From an uncultured Verrucomicrobiales bacterium (GTDB lineage: Bacteria; Verrucomicrobiota; Verrucomicrobiia; Verrucomicrobiales; Akkermansiaceae), in the NCBI GenBank assembly GCA_949373085.1, contig CASICJ010000020.1, positions 11,657 to 75,656 of the forward strand: DNA of 64,000 nt, given 5' to 3'. The position numbers were made by a program, and so were the translations under genes. A model generated the notes under the pieces. That model searched no databases. It saw nothing but the letters and a program-made list of their open reading frames with translations, and had not been told where the DNA came from. Of this stretch, positions 10,258 to 20,118 are shown one piece after another. How positions within the stretch are numbered: position 1 is the stretch's first letter; each line of letters begins with the position of its first letter.

Positions 10258-13200
10258 CTATTTCAATTGTAATTTAAGCCGGTAAAAACCGCGCGTGCTT
10301 GTAATAGGGTCATTTGTTCGGAAGGTCACACGGCTAGTCTCACCTTCCCCGAAAACCTCTGAAACTTTCGTGACCTGTGCATTGCTCCACGCTTCGACAT
10401 CAGCTGAGGATTGCACGAGGATACGGGCGCGATCGGCATTAATCTGACGATCAAAAGACACTTCGGCAAAAAACTCGCCGCCTAATTCGACCACTGAACC
10501 CTCAGGGAGACTTCGTAAAGCATAGAGATTTAAATCGCCTGTGAACGGAAGCCCGTCATCGACAGCGGGAGCACCATTCTCTCCCACACTCGGGCGCCAG
10601 TCACCAGCCGTCTCACCAAATCCATCAACCCACACCAAACTCGCCCCGCTCCCGTCTGCCGACTCCGGCCAAGGCAATCGATCATCATAGCTGACTTCGC
10701 GCACCAGAGTTCCGGCACCAAAAGATAGCTTAATACGCTCTCCTCCATTCGAGAGACGATTCGAAAACTCGCCCAAGACAAAATCAGGGGTATTTGCAAA
10801 TCCGTGACGTAAGTTAAAGGCTTCCACGTTTGCAACCACCAGCAGGCGCTCCCCTGCCGCAATCGTCGATTTGCTTCCATTTACAAAGTCGAATTCAACC
10901 CCCTTGGTGAAACGCAGATTGTTCAGGTCAAGTTCTCCTGCGCCAATGTTCATGATCTCAATCCATTCGAAATCACCTTCCTCTAAAGAAGGGATCGCGG
11001 CCAATTCGGAAGCAGACGGTGGCAGCGGATGATACATGATTTTACTGATGACAATGCCATCTAGAAAAGACTGGATAGAGGGTGTGCCAACCATGAATTC
11101 GACTGGTTCCGACCAATTACTCCAGCGCCCGGTCGTGTCTTCATGTCGGACCCGAGCTCGGTAAGTCAGACCAACCCGCGCGACCGATGGCACACCAACT
11201 TCGGCCTTAAAGGTAGTGAGCTCGCCGGATTCCCAAGTCGTTGTCCATTCAAATGAGGGGTTTTCACCAGGAGGAAGAAGCACTTCCTGAGCATCAAGCG
11301 ACATTTCAAATCCCATGTCATTACTTCCCAGAGAGGTATTATGAACCTCAATCGCAATGACATTCTCTCCTTCGATAAAGAAGTCGGCATTCACTACAAA
11401 TTCATCAAAATCAGATTCGTTCCCCGAAGAATCTGAGAGCACGTCGTGACCCACTACGGTATCCGGATCGAAGCCCTCGCGAAATGCTTCCTGACCATTG
11501 ACATAAACAATTGCGCCATCATCGACGAGCAACTTGAAGAGAAAGCCATCGATCAAATCTAAATCGACCACATTAACAGTAGTCCGAAAGTAAGTGGTCG
11601 GGATTCGTGAGGTGGTGGTGGTGGCCATATTAATACCATTCACGCGGCCAAACCCAAGCGGAGCAGCTCCAGTCTTCCAACCACTGTCATCAAAGCCAAC
11701 TTCACGCCAAGCTACGCCCTCATCAATGTTGTTATCCTGGTAACTCCAAATCCGACCTGGGGCCATGATCGCGCGCACTCCTCCACCGAGGCTTGTGACC
11801 TCAGCGAGACGCCATTCCATGGACTGGAAAGTATTGACGCCCTGTGGATCTGAAAAATTGCTACTCGTAAATGAAAGACCATCCTGTGGGAACCCTGCCT
11901 CACCCGAATAATTGATCTCGGGCTTAGCCGGTAACTTAGCATCAGCAACAAGAGCATCAAGATAGGCATCCCTCCCAAAATCTCCCGATGCCCCGTTGTC
12001 CTGGGAAATAGACGGCATGGTATTATTTCCACCTGTCCAAATCTCCCCGGAGCCATCCCGATTGCGACCAGCGAAGGCAAACTTCTTCATATCAGCCACG
12101 CGAGGCTCAATCAGCGGATAATTTTGAGAACCGTTTGGCGAGCCCAACCACCGAGCTCGGTCAGCCGGAACCAATTGGTCAATCTTGGCCGCCAAAGGAT
12201 CGATCATGAGTGAGATCTGCTCCTCGGTCCACACGAGATCACGCATCTCCCTTATCGTATTATAATATTCTAGCCCAAACTCGCCTCGTGGCACGGGATT
12301 AGTCTGATTGGAACCAAAAATGGCTTGCTTGGGGAAGTCCATACCATCGTTCCAATTTGGTCCCCAACTGGTGTCAGAATCCCAAGGAAGAACATTTAGA
12401 CGACCTCGCGGATTAGTCGCAGATGGCTCAAAATAGTAAGCTCGGTTTTTTAAATGCTCACCGCGATTTGGTCTCACATCGTAGTGCCGAATCATGTCAA
12501 CCACCGCATGGTAACGATTCCAGCTATCCCAATTCACCTGTTCACGGAGCCAATTATCATCGCGCGCTGGTGTAAGCTGGTTGATGATCGTGGAAAAGTC
12601 AGAGGCGTTGGCAACTGATTCAGCACCTTGATACCGCTGCACATCCTTACCGTTGGTTCGCCCACTGATTAACTTGTAAAGATTCCCCTTTTCCATGTCG
12701 TGAGAATCAAGAAAGCGCGAATCATATTCCTCCATCGCGAGCAACATCCCGTAATAATCGCCAACATGTTGAGTGGTGTATTCCTCCGCACCTTGAACAA
12801 TCCGAAAGTGTCCCCAATGCGTGTATGGCGCCGGTGTTCCAGTTAGGTTCCACATCAAGTGATTCGTTGCCTGAAACAATCCCCAAGTATAATAATTAGA
12901 ACGAGAACTCAGCATCTTGTGGGTTGAGAGAAATTTCCAAGGTTCGGTATATTTATCGCCATTCATATCGCGGAAAGTGGGATAATTTCCGCGATTAAAT
13001 CGGAACTTAAGACTTCGCTTCCCACTCCCGCTGTAACGAGCATTTCGCTGACGAAGTCGATATTTCACGTTATCGAACACCTTACCCTCGTAGACAAAAG
13101 TACAATTCCAATTGTATTCACTCCGGGCATCGTAATTGTCACGGCTAATTTGGTCCGATCCATTGTAACCCACCGCTTGGTTAAAATTCGCAGCTGTAGT

Positions 13201-14793
13201 TAAGACGTGATAGACCGGAACCGACTGAACTTCGCTCGAAGAAAAAGTACCGACGTTCGTCTGGTAATCTGGAATCCCGTCATACTGGAAATACGCAAAG
13301 TTCAAACGCTCGTCATCTGCATAGGGAACCCTTACCGATTCCCCTTCCATATCCTCTACCGTGATGCGGTAGCGCACCAAGGTCCGGTTCGGCCGCGATT
13401 CTAAAATCGCCGAATAAACCCCATCCCCAGCCACTTTGTCAGCACCAATTCCATCATCAGTCATGAGCCGTGAAGCCCAATCCCGCTCGTAAGCGGGATT
13501 CTCAGCGCGAGGCGCTGTTGGATTAGAAAGGAGCGCCCGAGTTGTTTTTGCCACAAATGCGGGCACATAAACTCCTGGAGCGACATCCTGAACTTCCAGT
13601 CTCACTGAAGCCACACCACCGGGGTCCGTCACTTTCGCCGTGATCACGGTTGACTCGCCAACCGCCGGTTGTTCGGGAGAATGGCTAACCTGCCGGATAG
13701 AGGGAGGGGCCACTTCTGAAAAAACCGTGTTCACCAAACCCGCTGATGGTTCTGGGTCAGCTTCGGTGTCTGGCTCTGGACGAAGCAACTCTATATTCAA
13801 ACCAAAATCATTACTTCCGAGCGAGGTATTAAAGGCATGAATCGCAATCACATTGGTTCCCTCCTTCAGCCCAGCTGCACCGCCAGTAATCGACGCTTCC
13901 TGCCAATTATTTTCATCACCCGAACCTCCTGATTCATCATCGTAAGCCAACTGGCCAGCCGCCATATTATCCGTCCGAAAAACCTCCGATCCATTGATGT
14001 AGACGACCATGCCATCATCGAGAAGATATCGCAGCAGGATCTCCTGAGGTACTTCTCCATCGACAATTTGAAATTCATTCCGGAAAAAACAACTTGTGTA
14101 ATTTCCAACCATTCCAGTGATCGGTGGATTAAAGCTCTGCGTCCCAACCCTACCAAAGCCAATCGGCAAGATTTGTTTCACCCAAGTTTCGTCTTCCACA
14201 AAGCTCGCTTCGGTCCACGAATTGATGGGCGCCGAAGCCTCACTAGTTCCAGGTCGCCAACGCCACCCCGGACCGTCCTCGGGCAGATAAGTCAACTTAG
14301 GCAAGACCACGATCTGGGAACTACGCCAAGATCCACCCAGATCATTATCTAAACCCGGATAAATTAACTCCATCGAGGATCCACCGCCACCTGCTGCCGT
14401 CGGCCACGGGAAATTATCCTGATAGTTAACTTCATCAGCCACTGAACCATCTGCTCTTCGTAGTTCGATCCGCTCCCCTTCACCCGATAGTCCACCCTCA
14501 AACGGCCCTAGCGCTCTTATGCCATAGCGTCCGAGCAAGGCTACCGGATTCTTTGCGACTACCACATATCCACCCACTCCGATTTGCGTTCCCACCGGAA
14601 ATGTATAATCAAATCCATCGTTGAAAAACCACTCGCTCAGATCAACAAGAGTGTCTCCCGAATTGTAGAGTTCCACAAATTCATCCTGCGCATCATTAGG
14701 GCGACTGTTGTAGTGGATCTCGTTAATTACGATCTCTGCTTGCGTCGCTCCGAAAACCGAAACACCAATTATGATACTTCCCAATATGTTCAT
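10258..14793 (-). CDS. Giant secreted protein with lamin-tail domains (LTD) flanking a CotH kinase-like domain
   Basis: N-terminal LTD (IVINEIHYNS..DEFVELYNSG..VDLSEWFF). C-terminal LTD (ISKIMYHP..FEWIEIMNIG..LDLNNLRF). CotH-like blocks: GKRSLKFRFNRGNY and YYFEPS..LNVLPWDSDTSWG. Two copies of a beta-sandwich module (LLDDGMVVYINGSEVFR / LVDDGAIVYVNGQEAFR, each ending NTSLGSND.G). Confidence 0.8.
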   Translation of the reverse strand: MNILGSIIIGVSVFGATQAEIVINEIHYNSRPNDAQDEFVELYNSGDTLVDLSEWFFNDGFDYTFPVGTQIGVGGYVVVAKNPVALLGRYGIRALGPFEGGLSGEGERIELRRADGSVADEVNYQDNFPWPTAAGGGGSSMELIYPGLDNDLGGSWRSSQIVVLPKLTYLPEDGPGWRWRPGTSEASAPINSWTEASFVEDETWVKQILPIGFGRVGTQSFNPPITGMVGNYTSCFFRNEFQIVDGEVPQEILLRYLLDDGMVVYINGSEVFRTDNMAAGQLAYDDESGGSGDENNWQEASITGGAAGLKEGTNVIAIHAFNTSLGSNDFGLNIELLRPEPDTEADPEPSAGLVNTVFSEVAPPSIRQVSHSPEQPAVGESTVITAKVTDPGGVASVRLEVQDVAPGVYVPAFVAKTTRALLSNPTAPRAENPAYERDWASRLMTDDGIGADKVAGDGVYSAILESRPNRTLVRYRITVEDMEGESVRVPYADDERLNFAYFQYDGIPDYQTNVGTFSSSEVQSVPVYHVLTTAANFNQAVGYNGSDQISRDNYDARSEYNWNCTFVYEGKVFDNVKYRLRQRNARYSGSGKRSLKFRFNRGNYPTFRDMNGDKYTEPWKFLSTHKMLSSRSNYYTWGLFQATNHLMWNLTGTPAPYTHWGHFRIVQGAEEYTTQHVGDYYGMLLAMEEYDSRFLDSHDMEKGNLYKLISGRTNGKDVQRYQGAESVANASDFSTIINQLTPARDDNWLREQVNWDSWNRYHAVVDMIRHYDVRPNRGEHLKNRAYYFEPSATNPRGRLNVLPWDSDTSWGPNWNDGMDFPKQAIFGSNQTNPVPRGEFGLEYYNTIREMRDLVWTEEQISLMIDPLAAKIDQLVPADRARWLGSPNGSQNYPLIEPRVADMKKFAFAGRNRDGSGEIWTGGNNTMPSISQDNGASGDFGRDAYLDALVADAKLPAKPEINYSGEAGFPQDGLSFTSSNFSDPQGVNTFQSMEWRLAEVTSLGGGVRAIMAPGRIWSYQDNNIDEGVAWREVGFDDSGWKTGAAPLGFGRVNGINMATTTTSRIPTTYFRTTVNVVDLDLIDGFLFKLLVDDGAIVYVNGQEAFREGFDPDTVVGHDVLSDSSGNESDFDEFVVNADFFIEGENVIAIEVHNTSLGSNDMGFEMSLDAQEVLLPPGENPSFEWTTTWESGELTTFKAEVGVPSVARVGLTYRARVRHEDTTGRWSNWSEPVEFMVGTPSIQSFLDGIVISKIMYHPLPPSASELAAIPSLEEGDFEWIEIMNIGAGELDLNNLRFTKGVEFDFVNGSKSTIAAGERLLVVANVEAFNLRHGFANTPDFVLGEFSNRLSNGGERIKLSFGAGTLVREVSYDDRLPWPESADGSGASLVWVDGFGETAGDWRPSVGENGAPAVDDGLPFTGDLNLYALRSLPEGSVVELGGEFFAEVSFDRQINADRARILVQSSADVEAWSNAQVTKVSEVFGEGETSRVTFRTNDPITSTRGFYRLKLQLK

Positions 14794-14918
14794 AGATGAA
14801 AAATTGCCCCGCTCTTCCCCTCAAAGCAAGCCCACACGACAAAACAAGAATCCCTTTCGCAAAAACTCATTAGAGCAAGCTTCCAAGAAAGCCCCAGGGC
14901 TCGTGTTACAGGCGTCGA

Positions 14919-15614
14919 CTAGTGTTTCAACAGCTCTGCAACTCGCTTGAGGACAAGTTTTTCCCCCATGATGAACGTGTGGTCAGCGTCCACCACTTCG
15001 AGGCGTTTGATACCCTCGACTTGACCACCCTCGACAGTCACTATCCCGTCATGCTCTCCCTCGAGCAGAAAGTCGAAAATCGGCACCAGATTCCTGCGGC
15101 CCATAATAACCGAAACATCATTGCTTCCATCAAAAGGCGGCACCTCCTGGGGCAATCGATTCGTCGATAGACTCATTCCACCCGGTCCTAGTGATAAGCG
15201 CCCGAGCGGAGAATCTTCTAACCAATCGATAATCTCGCTCCCCTGATTTGGCGGAGCCAGCATGACCACATTACCCGTGATCAGCTCGGGATGGCGCTTC
15301 GCCAGACAGCGCAGAACAATTCCGCCCATTGAATGGGTCACAAAGTGTGTCCGCTTAGAAGATGGAACAATCTCCCGAGCAATATGATCAACAATCTTAT
15401 CTACCGATTGCCGAAAAGACGGATAAGGAAGGTTCAGAGTCTCGAACCCAGAATGATGTAAATAACGCGCAGCCCCTTCCATTGCCCAGACGCTTCGCCA
15501 AAGTCCGTGAAGCAAAACCACCCGGTCACCATCATTCACTCGTATACGGGGGCTGTGCCACGGCATCGGCGGAATGATCATCTTCAATCGGTTCATGAAT
15601 CTTGATTTAATCAC
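14919..15614 (-). CDS. Alpha/beta hydrolase (lipase/esterase-like)
   Basis: VVLLHGL oxyanion region, nucleophile elbow HSMGG, and a later DADH motif. Confidence 0.7.
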   Translation of the reverse strand: MIKSRFMNRLKMIIPPMPWHSPRIRVNDGDRVVLLHGLWRSVWAMEGAARYLHHSGFETLNLPYPSFRQSVDKIVDHIAREIVPSSKRTHFVTHSMGGIVLRCLAKRHPELITGNVVMLAPPNQGSEIIDWLEDSPLGRLSLGPGGMSLSTNRLPQEVPPFDGSNDVSVIMGRRNLVPIFDFLLEGEHDGIVTVEGGQVEGIKRLEVVDADHTFIMGEKLVLKRVAELLKH

Positions 15615-15791
15615 AGTTTATACCACCTTGGAAATCGATATACTTTGCCACTAAAATTGACTGGGATGATAGTCAAACCCTTGAAAAACTATTTATCTCA
15701 CCTTCTCCTTGTCGGGTTGTGACAGAATTGTTTGACTGACGAGTCCGCGAGGACGAAATTGTTTTTGCACACACATACGCAACCAATATAT

Positions 15792-15823
15792 AAAACCCGC
15801 TTCTGTGAAGGAGCGGGTTTTTT
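15792..15823 (-). terminator. Bidirectional-looking rho-independent terminator downstream of the zinc-ribbon gene
   Basis: CCCGCTTCT-GTGA-AGGAGCGGG forms a 9-bp stem with one G-U pair. It is flanked by A4 (15792-15795) and T6 (15818-15823), and sits 27 nt past the minus-strand stop at 15850. Confidence 0.6.
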
Positions 15824-15849
15824 CATGAACGAGATTTCTCCCTCAACTT

Positions 15850-17448
15850 CTAGCGGCCTTTAATCGCTGCGATCGCGCGTTCCACCAAAGCTTTTAGCTC
15901 ACGGTCAGATGAACTCTGGTATTTAGCGAGCGGTTGGAGTGCCCTTTCGGTGCCGATGCTAGCGAGGACAGAGGCAGCAGCTTTCGTGATTCGAATAGAC
16001 GGCCCATTCAAGTGGAAGATCATTCTCTTCTCAGCAGAAACTCCGAGTGCAATATATTGGCTACTCCAAACTTCTGGCTTGTTGCTCCAGAGAGTGTCAA
16101 TTATTAGCGAGGCCTTTTCCCCATTCGCTTTAACTAAAAAATCGACAAACGATGCTGGAGCATCGGAATTCGTTCTTACCATTTGCTCAACTTTTTCGGT
16201 AACGACATCCACCGCTACCGGGTTGTCCGTAGCCCAAATCGAAAGAGCTCGTCCTAGGTCCGAAAAAAGCTGAGGATCAGTCTCAGTCCGGATCAAGCGG
16301 ATAAACTCTGCGATGATCTCTTCGCCGTAACGACGCTCAACGTTTGGCGGGATCCCAGCTAATTCTCTGACAGCGTCTTTCCTTCTCAATGGATCTAGCG
16401 CTCTAAGTTCATTGAGATTTTCTTTAAAGTACGAGGGGTTCTGCGGATTAGAAAGCTTGTTTCTCAGTTCAACATCCGCCTTCGAATCATGCAGAGCAGA
16501 AAGCTCTAAATCGATAAGGCGTAAGTCGGAATAAGTTGTCACACGCCCCAACCTCGGATCACAAACCTTGACCACCAAATCAAAATCGATCGGGAATCCC
16601 GAAATCACGATCAAACTGTCCTTCTCTCCATTACGGGAATAACGACTAATCGCTTCCGTAGGCGGGATTTTGAGTTCGATCGTGAAATATTTCTCGATGT
16701 TGTGGAACTGACTGCTGGAAAGATCCTTGATGAAGATCCCCACAAGGTGTTGAGGGGCTAAGCCACCAAACTTTCCCTTAAGATCTTCCAACTGTTTCTC
16801 AATCGCATAATAACCTGCCTCTTCGCGAATTAGGGCGATCGGGTCAGCTCCTGAATCATCCAAACCTGGCTCTGGAGCCGAATCCAAAACAGCCTTAGGT
16901 GTCAAATAGACAGGACGAATAAGAATGAGAGCAAAAAGTGCACCTCCGAACGTGAGCAGGAGTAGAAATGCCCTACCCTTCCAATTCTTGGCACCAAAAA
17001 GCATCAGGCCACCTGCTACGAGACAAACAAATCCCCCAAGGATATAACGTTTACCCCTCATCATATCCTGAAAAATCCCCCCATCAGAAGTCCCCACAGA
17101 AAAAATGAAGGCATAGAGGAAAAGAAAAATGATTCCCGCACCTACCGCGATATTTTGTCCTGCTCCAGCCGGCATGATGGCATCCACTCTAGGCTGGCCC
17201 GCCCCTGCCGTAGATTTCCCCTTCCGATGCGATTCCGAGGCCGATTGATCACGCCCTAATCGACTCAAAAAATCATCATCTCGTTTTATATTCTCTCCGG
17301 GATAAACCTTCGAACGCTCAGTAAAAATCGACTCCTCCCCTACCAGGAAACGGTGATTACAGGAACCACACTCAACCGTCTTACCGACAAGATCATCGTT
17401 CACCGTGAACCTCTGGGGGCATTTTGGGCATTCAATTTGCAGCTTCAT
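15850..17448 (-). CDS. Zinc-ribbon (MJ0042-type) membrane protein with a C-terminal HEAT-like repeat region
   Basis: N-terminal CPKC..(17)..CGSC ribbon. Three or four hydrophobic helices at about aa 100-190. The helical C-terminal half has HEAT-like periodicity. Confidence 0.55.
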   Translation of the reverse strand: MKLQIECPKCPQRFTVNDDLVGKTVECGSCNHRFLVGEESIFTERSKVYPGENIKRDDDFLSRLGRDQSASESHRKGKSTAGAGQPRVDAIMPAGAGQNIAVGAGIIFLFLYAFIFSVGTSDGGIFQDMMRGKRYILGGFVCLVAGGLMLFGAKNWKGRAFLLLLTFGGALFALILIRPVYLTPKAVLDSAPEPGLDDSGADPIALIREEAGYYAIEKQLEDLKGKFGGLAPQHLVGIFIKDLSSSQFHNIEKYFTIELKIPPTEAISRYSRNGEKDSLIVISGFPIDFDLVVKVCDPRLGRVTTYSDLRLIDLELSALHDSKADVELRNKLSNPQNPSYFKENLNELRALDPLRRKDAVRELAGIPPNVERRYGEEIIAEFIRLIRTETDPQLFSDLGRALSIWATDNPVAVDVVTEKVEQMVRTNSDAPASFVDFLVKANGEKASLIIDTLWSNKPEVWSSQYIALGVSAEKRMIFHLNGPSIRITKAAASVLASIGTERALQPLAKYQSSSDRELKALVERAIAAIKGR

Positions 17449-17533
17449 GAGAGAGACAGCTTATTTGCTATTTAAAAATATTGTCTGCTCATTTGTCCAC
17501 GCTGACAACCAATCCGTTCAAAATTCGAAAAAT

Positions 17534-18154
17534 TCAGTTCTCAGACGGATGCTTAATCTTGGCGATTTCTGCCATGATCCGATCTGAAATTGCCTGATAA
17601 GCCTCGCGCCCTTTGGCTTTCTTTTCCTCCGAAGTCAATGTAACCGGATCTCCCACAACGATCGTTACCGGATGAAATCGCAGGCGCCCACTTCCTCGCG
17701 GTAAAGCTTTAAAAGCCCCAAAGATCCGCACCGGCTGGATGACCGCCTGACTTTTGGCCGCGATCAATCCCACTCCGGCTTCACCTGGCTGCAAGTCACC
17801 ATCCAAAGTGCGTGATCCTTCCGGAAAAACGACTACCTGTTCACCACTCTTGAGGATCCTGATAATTTTTTTAAGGCTGCTCATATCTGGAGCCTCCTGA
17901 TCAATCGGTATGGCATTCCAGCTTGAGTAAAGCCATTTCGTCACCCCTCTAAAGAGGGTCTTGCGAGCCAAGTAATAAACTGAATCATTGTAAGCGATTC
18001 CAACTAGCGGCGGATCCAAAAAGCTCTCGTGGTTTGAAGCAATCAAGACTGATCCGTCCGTAATCAACTTATCACGGCCTACCACTTGATATCGAAAAAA
18101 TGCCTTTGCCGCTGCACGGAAAATGGTGTGCCCAAACCAATAAGTCGTCTTCAT
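17534..18154 (-). CDS. plsC: 1-acyl-sn-glycerol-3-phosphate acyltransferase
   Basis: NHESFLDP (HX4D) and FPEGSRT acyltransferase motifs. Confidence 0.85.
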   Translation of the reverse strand: MKTTYWFGHTIFRAAAKAFFRYQVVGRDKLITDGSVLIASNHESFLDPPLVGIAYNDSVYYLARKTLFRGVTKWLYSSWNAIPIDQEAPDMSSLKKIIRILKSGEQVVVFPEGSRTLDGDLQPGEAGVGLIAAKSQAVIQPVRIFGAFKALPRGSGRLRFHPVTIVVGDPVTLTSEEKKAKGREAYQAISDRIMAEIAKIKHPSEN

Positions 18155-18157
18155 ATT

Positions 18158-18808
18158 TCAGTCTTTCCAGCCAAGTTTAATGAGTGCTTCTCGAGCCGCG
18201 TCAACAGTGCCATCAATCGTAAGATCTGAGGAATCAATTATGATAGAACCCTCTGCAACTTTAAGCGGGGAGGCCTTACGATTACTATCTTCGGCATCCC
18301 GCTTTGCGACTTCGTCGGACTCTCCATCTTTTGCACGCCGAGCCGCCCTGACCTCTTCAGACGCGCTAACGTACAGCTTAAAAGGAGTATCTGGAAAGAC
18401 AACCGAACCAATGTCACGGCCCTCCATCACAACATCATATTCCCCAAGATAGTCGCGCTGCATGGCCACCAGCCTTTCGCGCACTTCGGGAATTGATGCC
18501 ACCTTAGAAACATGTTCGTTCACTCTAGCACTACGGATCTCCGTCGTTAGCAAACGATTATTAATGGTGATGGTGGAGAGATTATTTCTAACGCCGCAGT
18601 CGATTCGCATCCGGGACATCGCCTCTAGCACAGCGGCCCTATTTTCCGGATCAATCCCCTCCTGTAAAACCTGCCAGGTGACCCCGCGATACATGGCACC
18701 GGAATTCACCATAACGAGTCCAAGCGATTCAGCGAGACGCTCGGCGACCGTGCTTTTCCCCGAGGCAGCGGGACCATCTATTGCCACGGCACGATGGGTT
18801 TGACTCAT
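18158..18808 (-). CDS. cmk: Cytidylate kinase
   Basis: AIDGPAASGKST P-loop and the overall Cmk pattern. The ATG at 18808 gives an ATGA overlap with the aroA stop. The ORF could instead start at 18817. Confidence 0.9.
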   Translation of the reverse strand: MSQTHRAVAIDGPAASGKSTVAERLAESLGLVMVNSGAMYRGVTWQVLQEGIDPENRAAVLEAMSRMRIDCGVRNNLSTITINNRLLTTEIRSARVNEHVSKVASIPEVRERLVAMQRDYLGEYDVVMEGRDIGSVVFPDTPFKLYVSASEEVRAARRAKDGESDEVAKRDAEDSNRKASPLKVAEGSIIIDSSDLTIDGTVDAAREALIKLGWKD

Positions 18809-20118
18809 GATTGGCAAAACATTTCAAGGTGTTGAGTAAAAGTCGGATACGACGTAGAAACGCAAGCCGTATTCGCAATGGTGGTTTGGCCTTCTTTGGC
18901 CAAAAGTCCTGCTATCGCAAAGGCCATGGCAATGCGGTGGTCGCCATAGCTTTCCATCTTAGCTCCCTTAAGATTCCGCCCACCAGTGATGACCATTCCA
19001 TCTTCAAATTCCTCAATCTCGCCACCCATTAAGCGAAGATTCCTGATGGTAGTTTCGATACGATCCGTCTCTTTGACCCGGAGCTCGGCAGCATTACGAA
19101 TTGTCATCACCCCTTCTGCCAAAGCGCCTGCCACCGCTAGAATGGGAACTTCATCAATAAGGTTAGGCACTTCCTCTTCCAAGATCTCAGTACCTTTGAG
19201 CTTGCCGCCCGTAATTTCAATTCGGCCCAAGGGTTCTCCACCATCTTCATACTCAAGCTGAACTTCGATTTTTGCGCCCATTCGGATCAAAACATCCAGT
19301 AATGCGGTCCGGGTTGGGTTAAGCCCCACGTTGTTAATAATGAGATGCGATCCAGGAGCACAAGCTGCTGCCACAATCCAAAAAGCTGCGCTTGAAATAT
19401 CTCCTGGCACGACTAGATCGCAGGCCTCAACCACCTGCCCCCCATCGATGGAAATGGTGTTACCCTCAGTTTTCACATTCACCCCAAAGGAGTTTAAAAG
19501 CCGCTCGGTGTGATCTCGATTCGTCGCCGGCTGAATCACAGTAGTAGTCCCGGGCGCGAACAATCCTGCTAACAAAATTGCGCTTTTTACCTGAGCGCTC
19601 GCCATAGGCATCTCATAGGTGATCGGCTTCAACTCTCCGCCCGTGATCTGAAGAGGGGCGCAACCAGGCTTTGCCCCACGCGTTTCAAACTGCGCTCCCA
19701 TTTTGGCAAGCGGAGTAATAATCCGGTCCATCGGACGGCCAGAAAGCGATTCGTCACCAATCAGAGTGCTATCAAATTTCTGCGCGGCCAGGACACCTGA
19801 CAGAAGGCGCATTCCAGTCCCGGAATTGCCACAATCGAGTTTGCCAGCCGGAGCCTGTAATTCCCCGCCACATCCATGAATGAGGAGATCAACTGGCAAA
19901 TCGTCAGTCCCTTTCTTAACCTCAAAACGAACCCCAAGTTGCGCCATTCCAAGCAGGGTATTCAAACAATCCTCGCTCGAGAGGAAATTTTCTACAAAGC
20001 AAGACCCATTGGATAGACCCGCAAGAATAGCAGCACGGTGAGAAATACTTTTATCTCCAGGGACCGCGAGCTCGCCAGTGATCGATTTTAGCGGACTAAC
20101 TTGGATGGTCTCACTCAT
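18805..20118 (-). CDS. aroA: 3-phosphoshikimate 1-carboxyvinyltransferase (EPSP synthase)
   Basis: PGDKSISHR, LDCGNSGT and DHRIAMAFAIAGL motifs. Confidence 0.95.
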   Translation of the reverse strand: MSETIQVSPLKSITGELAVPGDKSISHRAAILAGLSNGSCFVENFLSSEDCLNTLLGMAQLGVRFEVKKGTDDLPVDLLIHGCGGELQAPAGKLDCGNSGTGMRLLSGVLAAQKFDSTLIGDESLSGRPMDRIITPLAKMGAQFETRGAKPGCAPLQITGGELKPITYEMPMASAQVKSAILLAGLFAPGTTTVIQPATNRDHTERLLNSFGVNVKTEGNTISIDGGQVVEACDLVVPGDISSAAFWIVAAACAPGSHLIINNVGLNPTRTALLDVLIRMGAKIEVQLEYEDGGEPLGRIEITGGKLKGTEILEEEVPNLIDEVPILAVAGALAEGVMTIRNAAELRVKETDRIETTIRNLRLMGGEIEEFEDGMVITGGRNLKGAKMESYGDHRIAMAFAIAGLLAKEGQTTIANTACVSTSYPTFTQHLEMFCQS

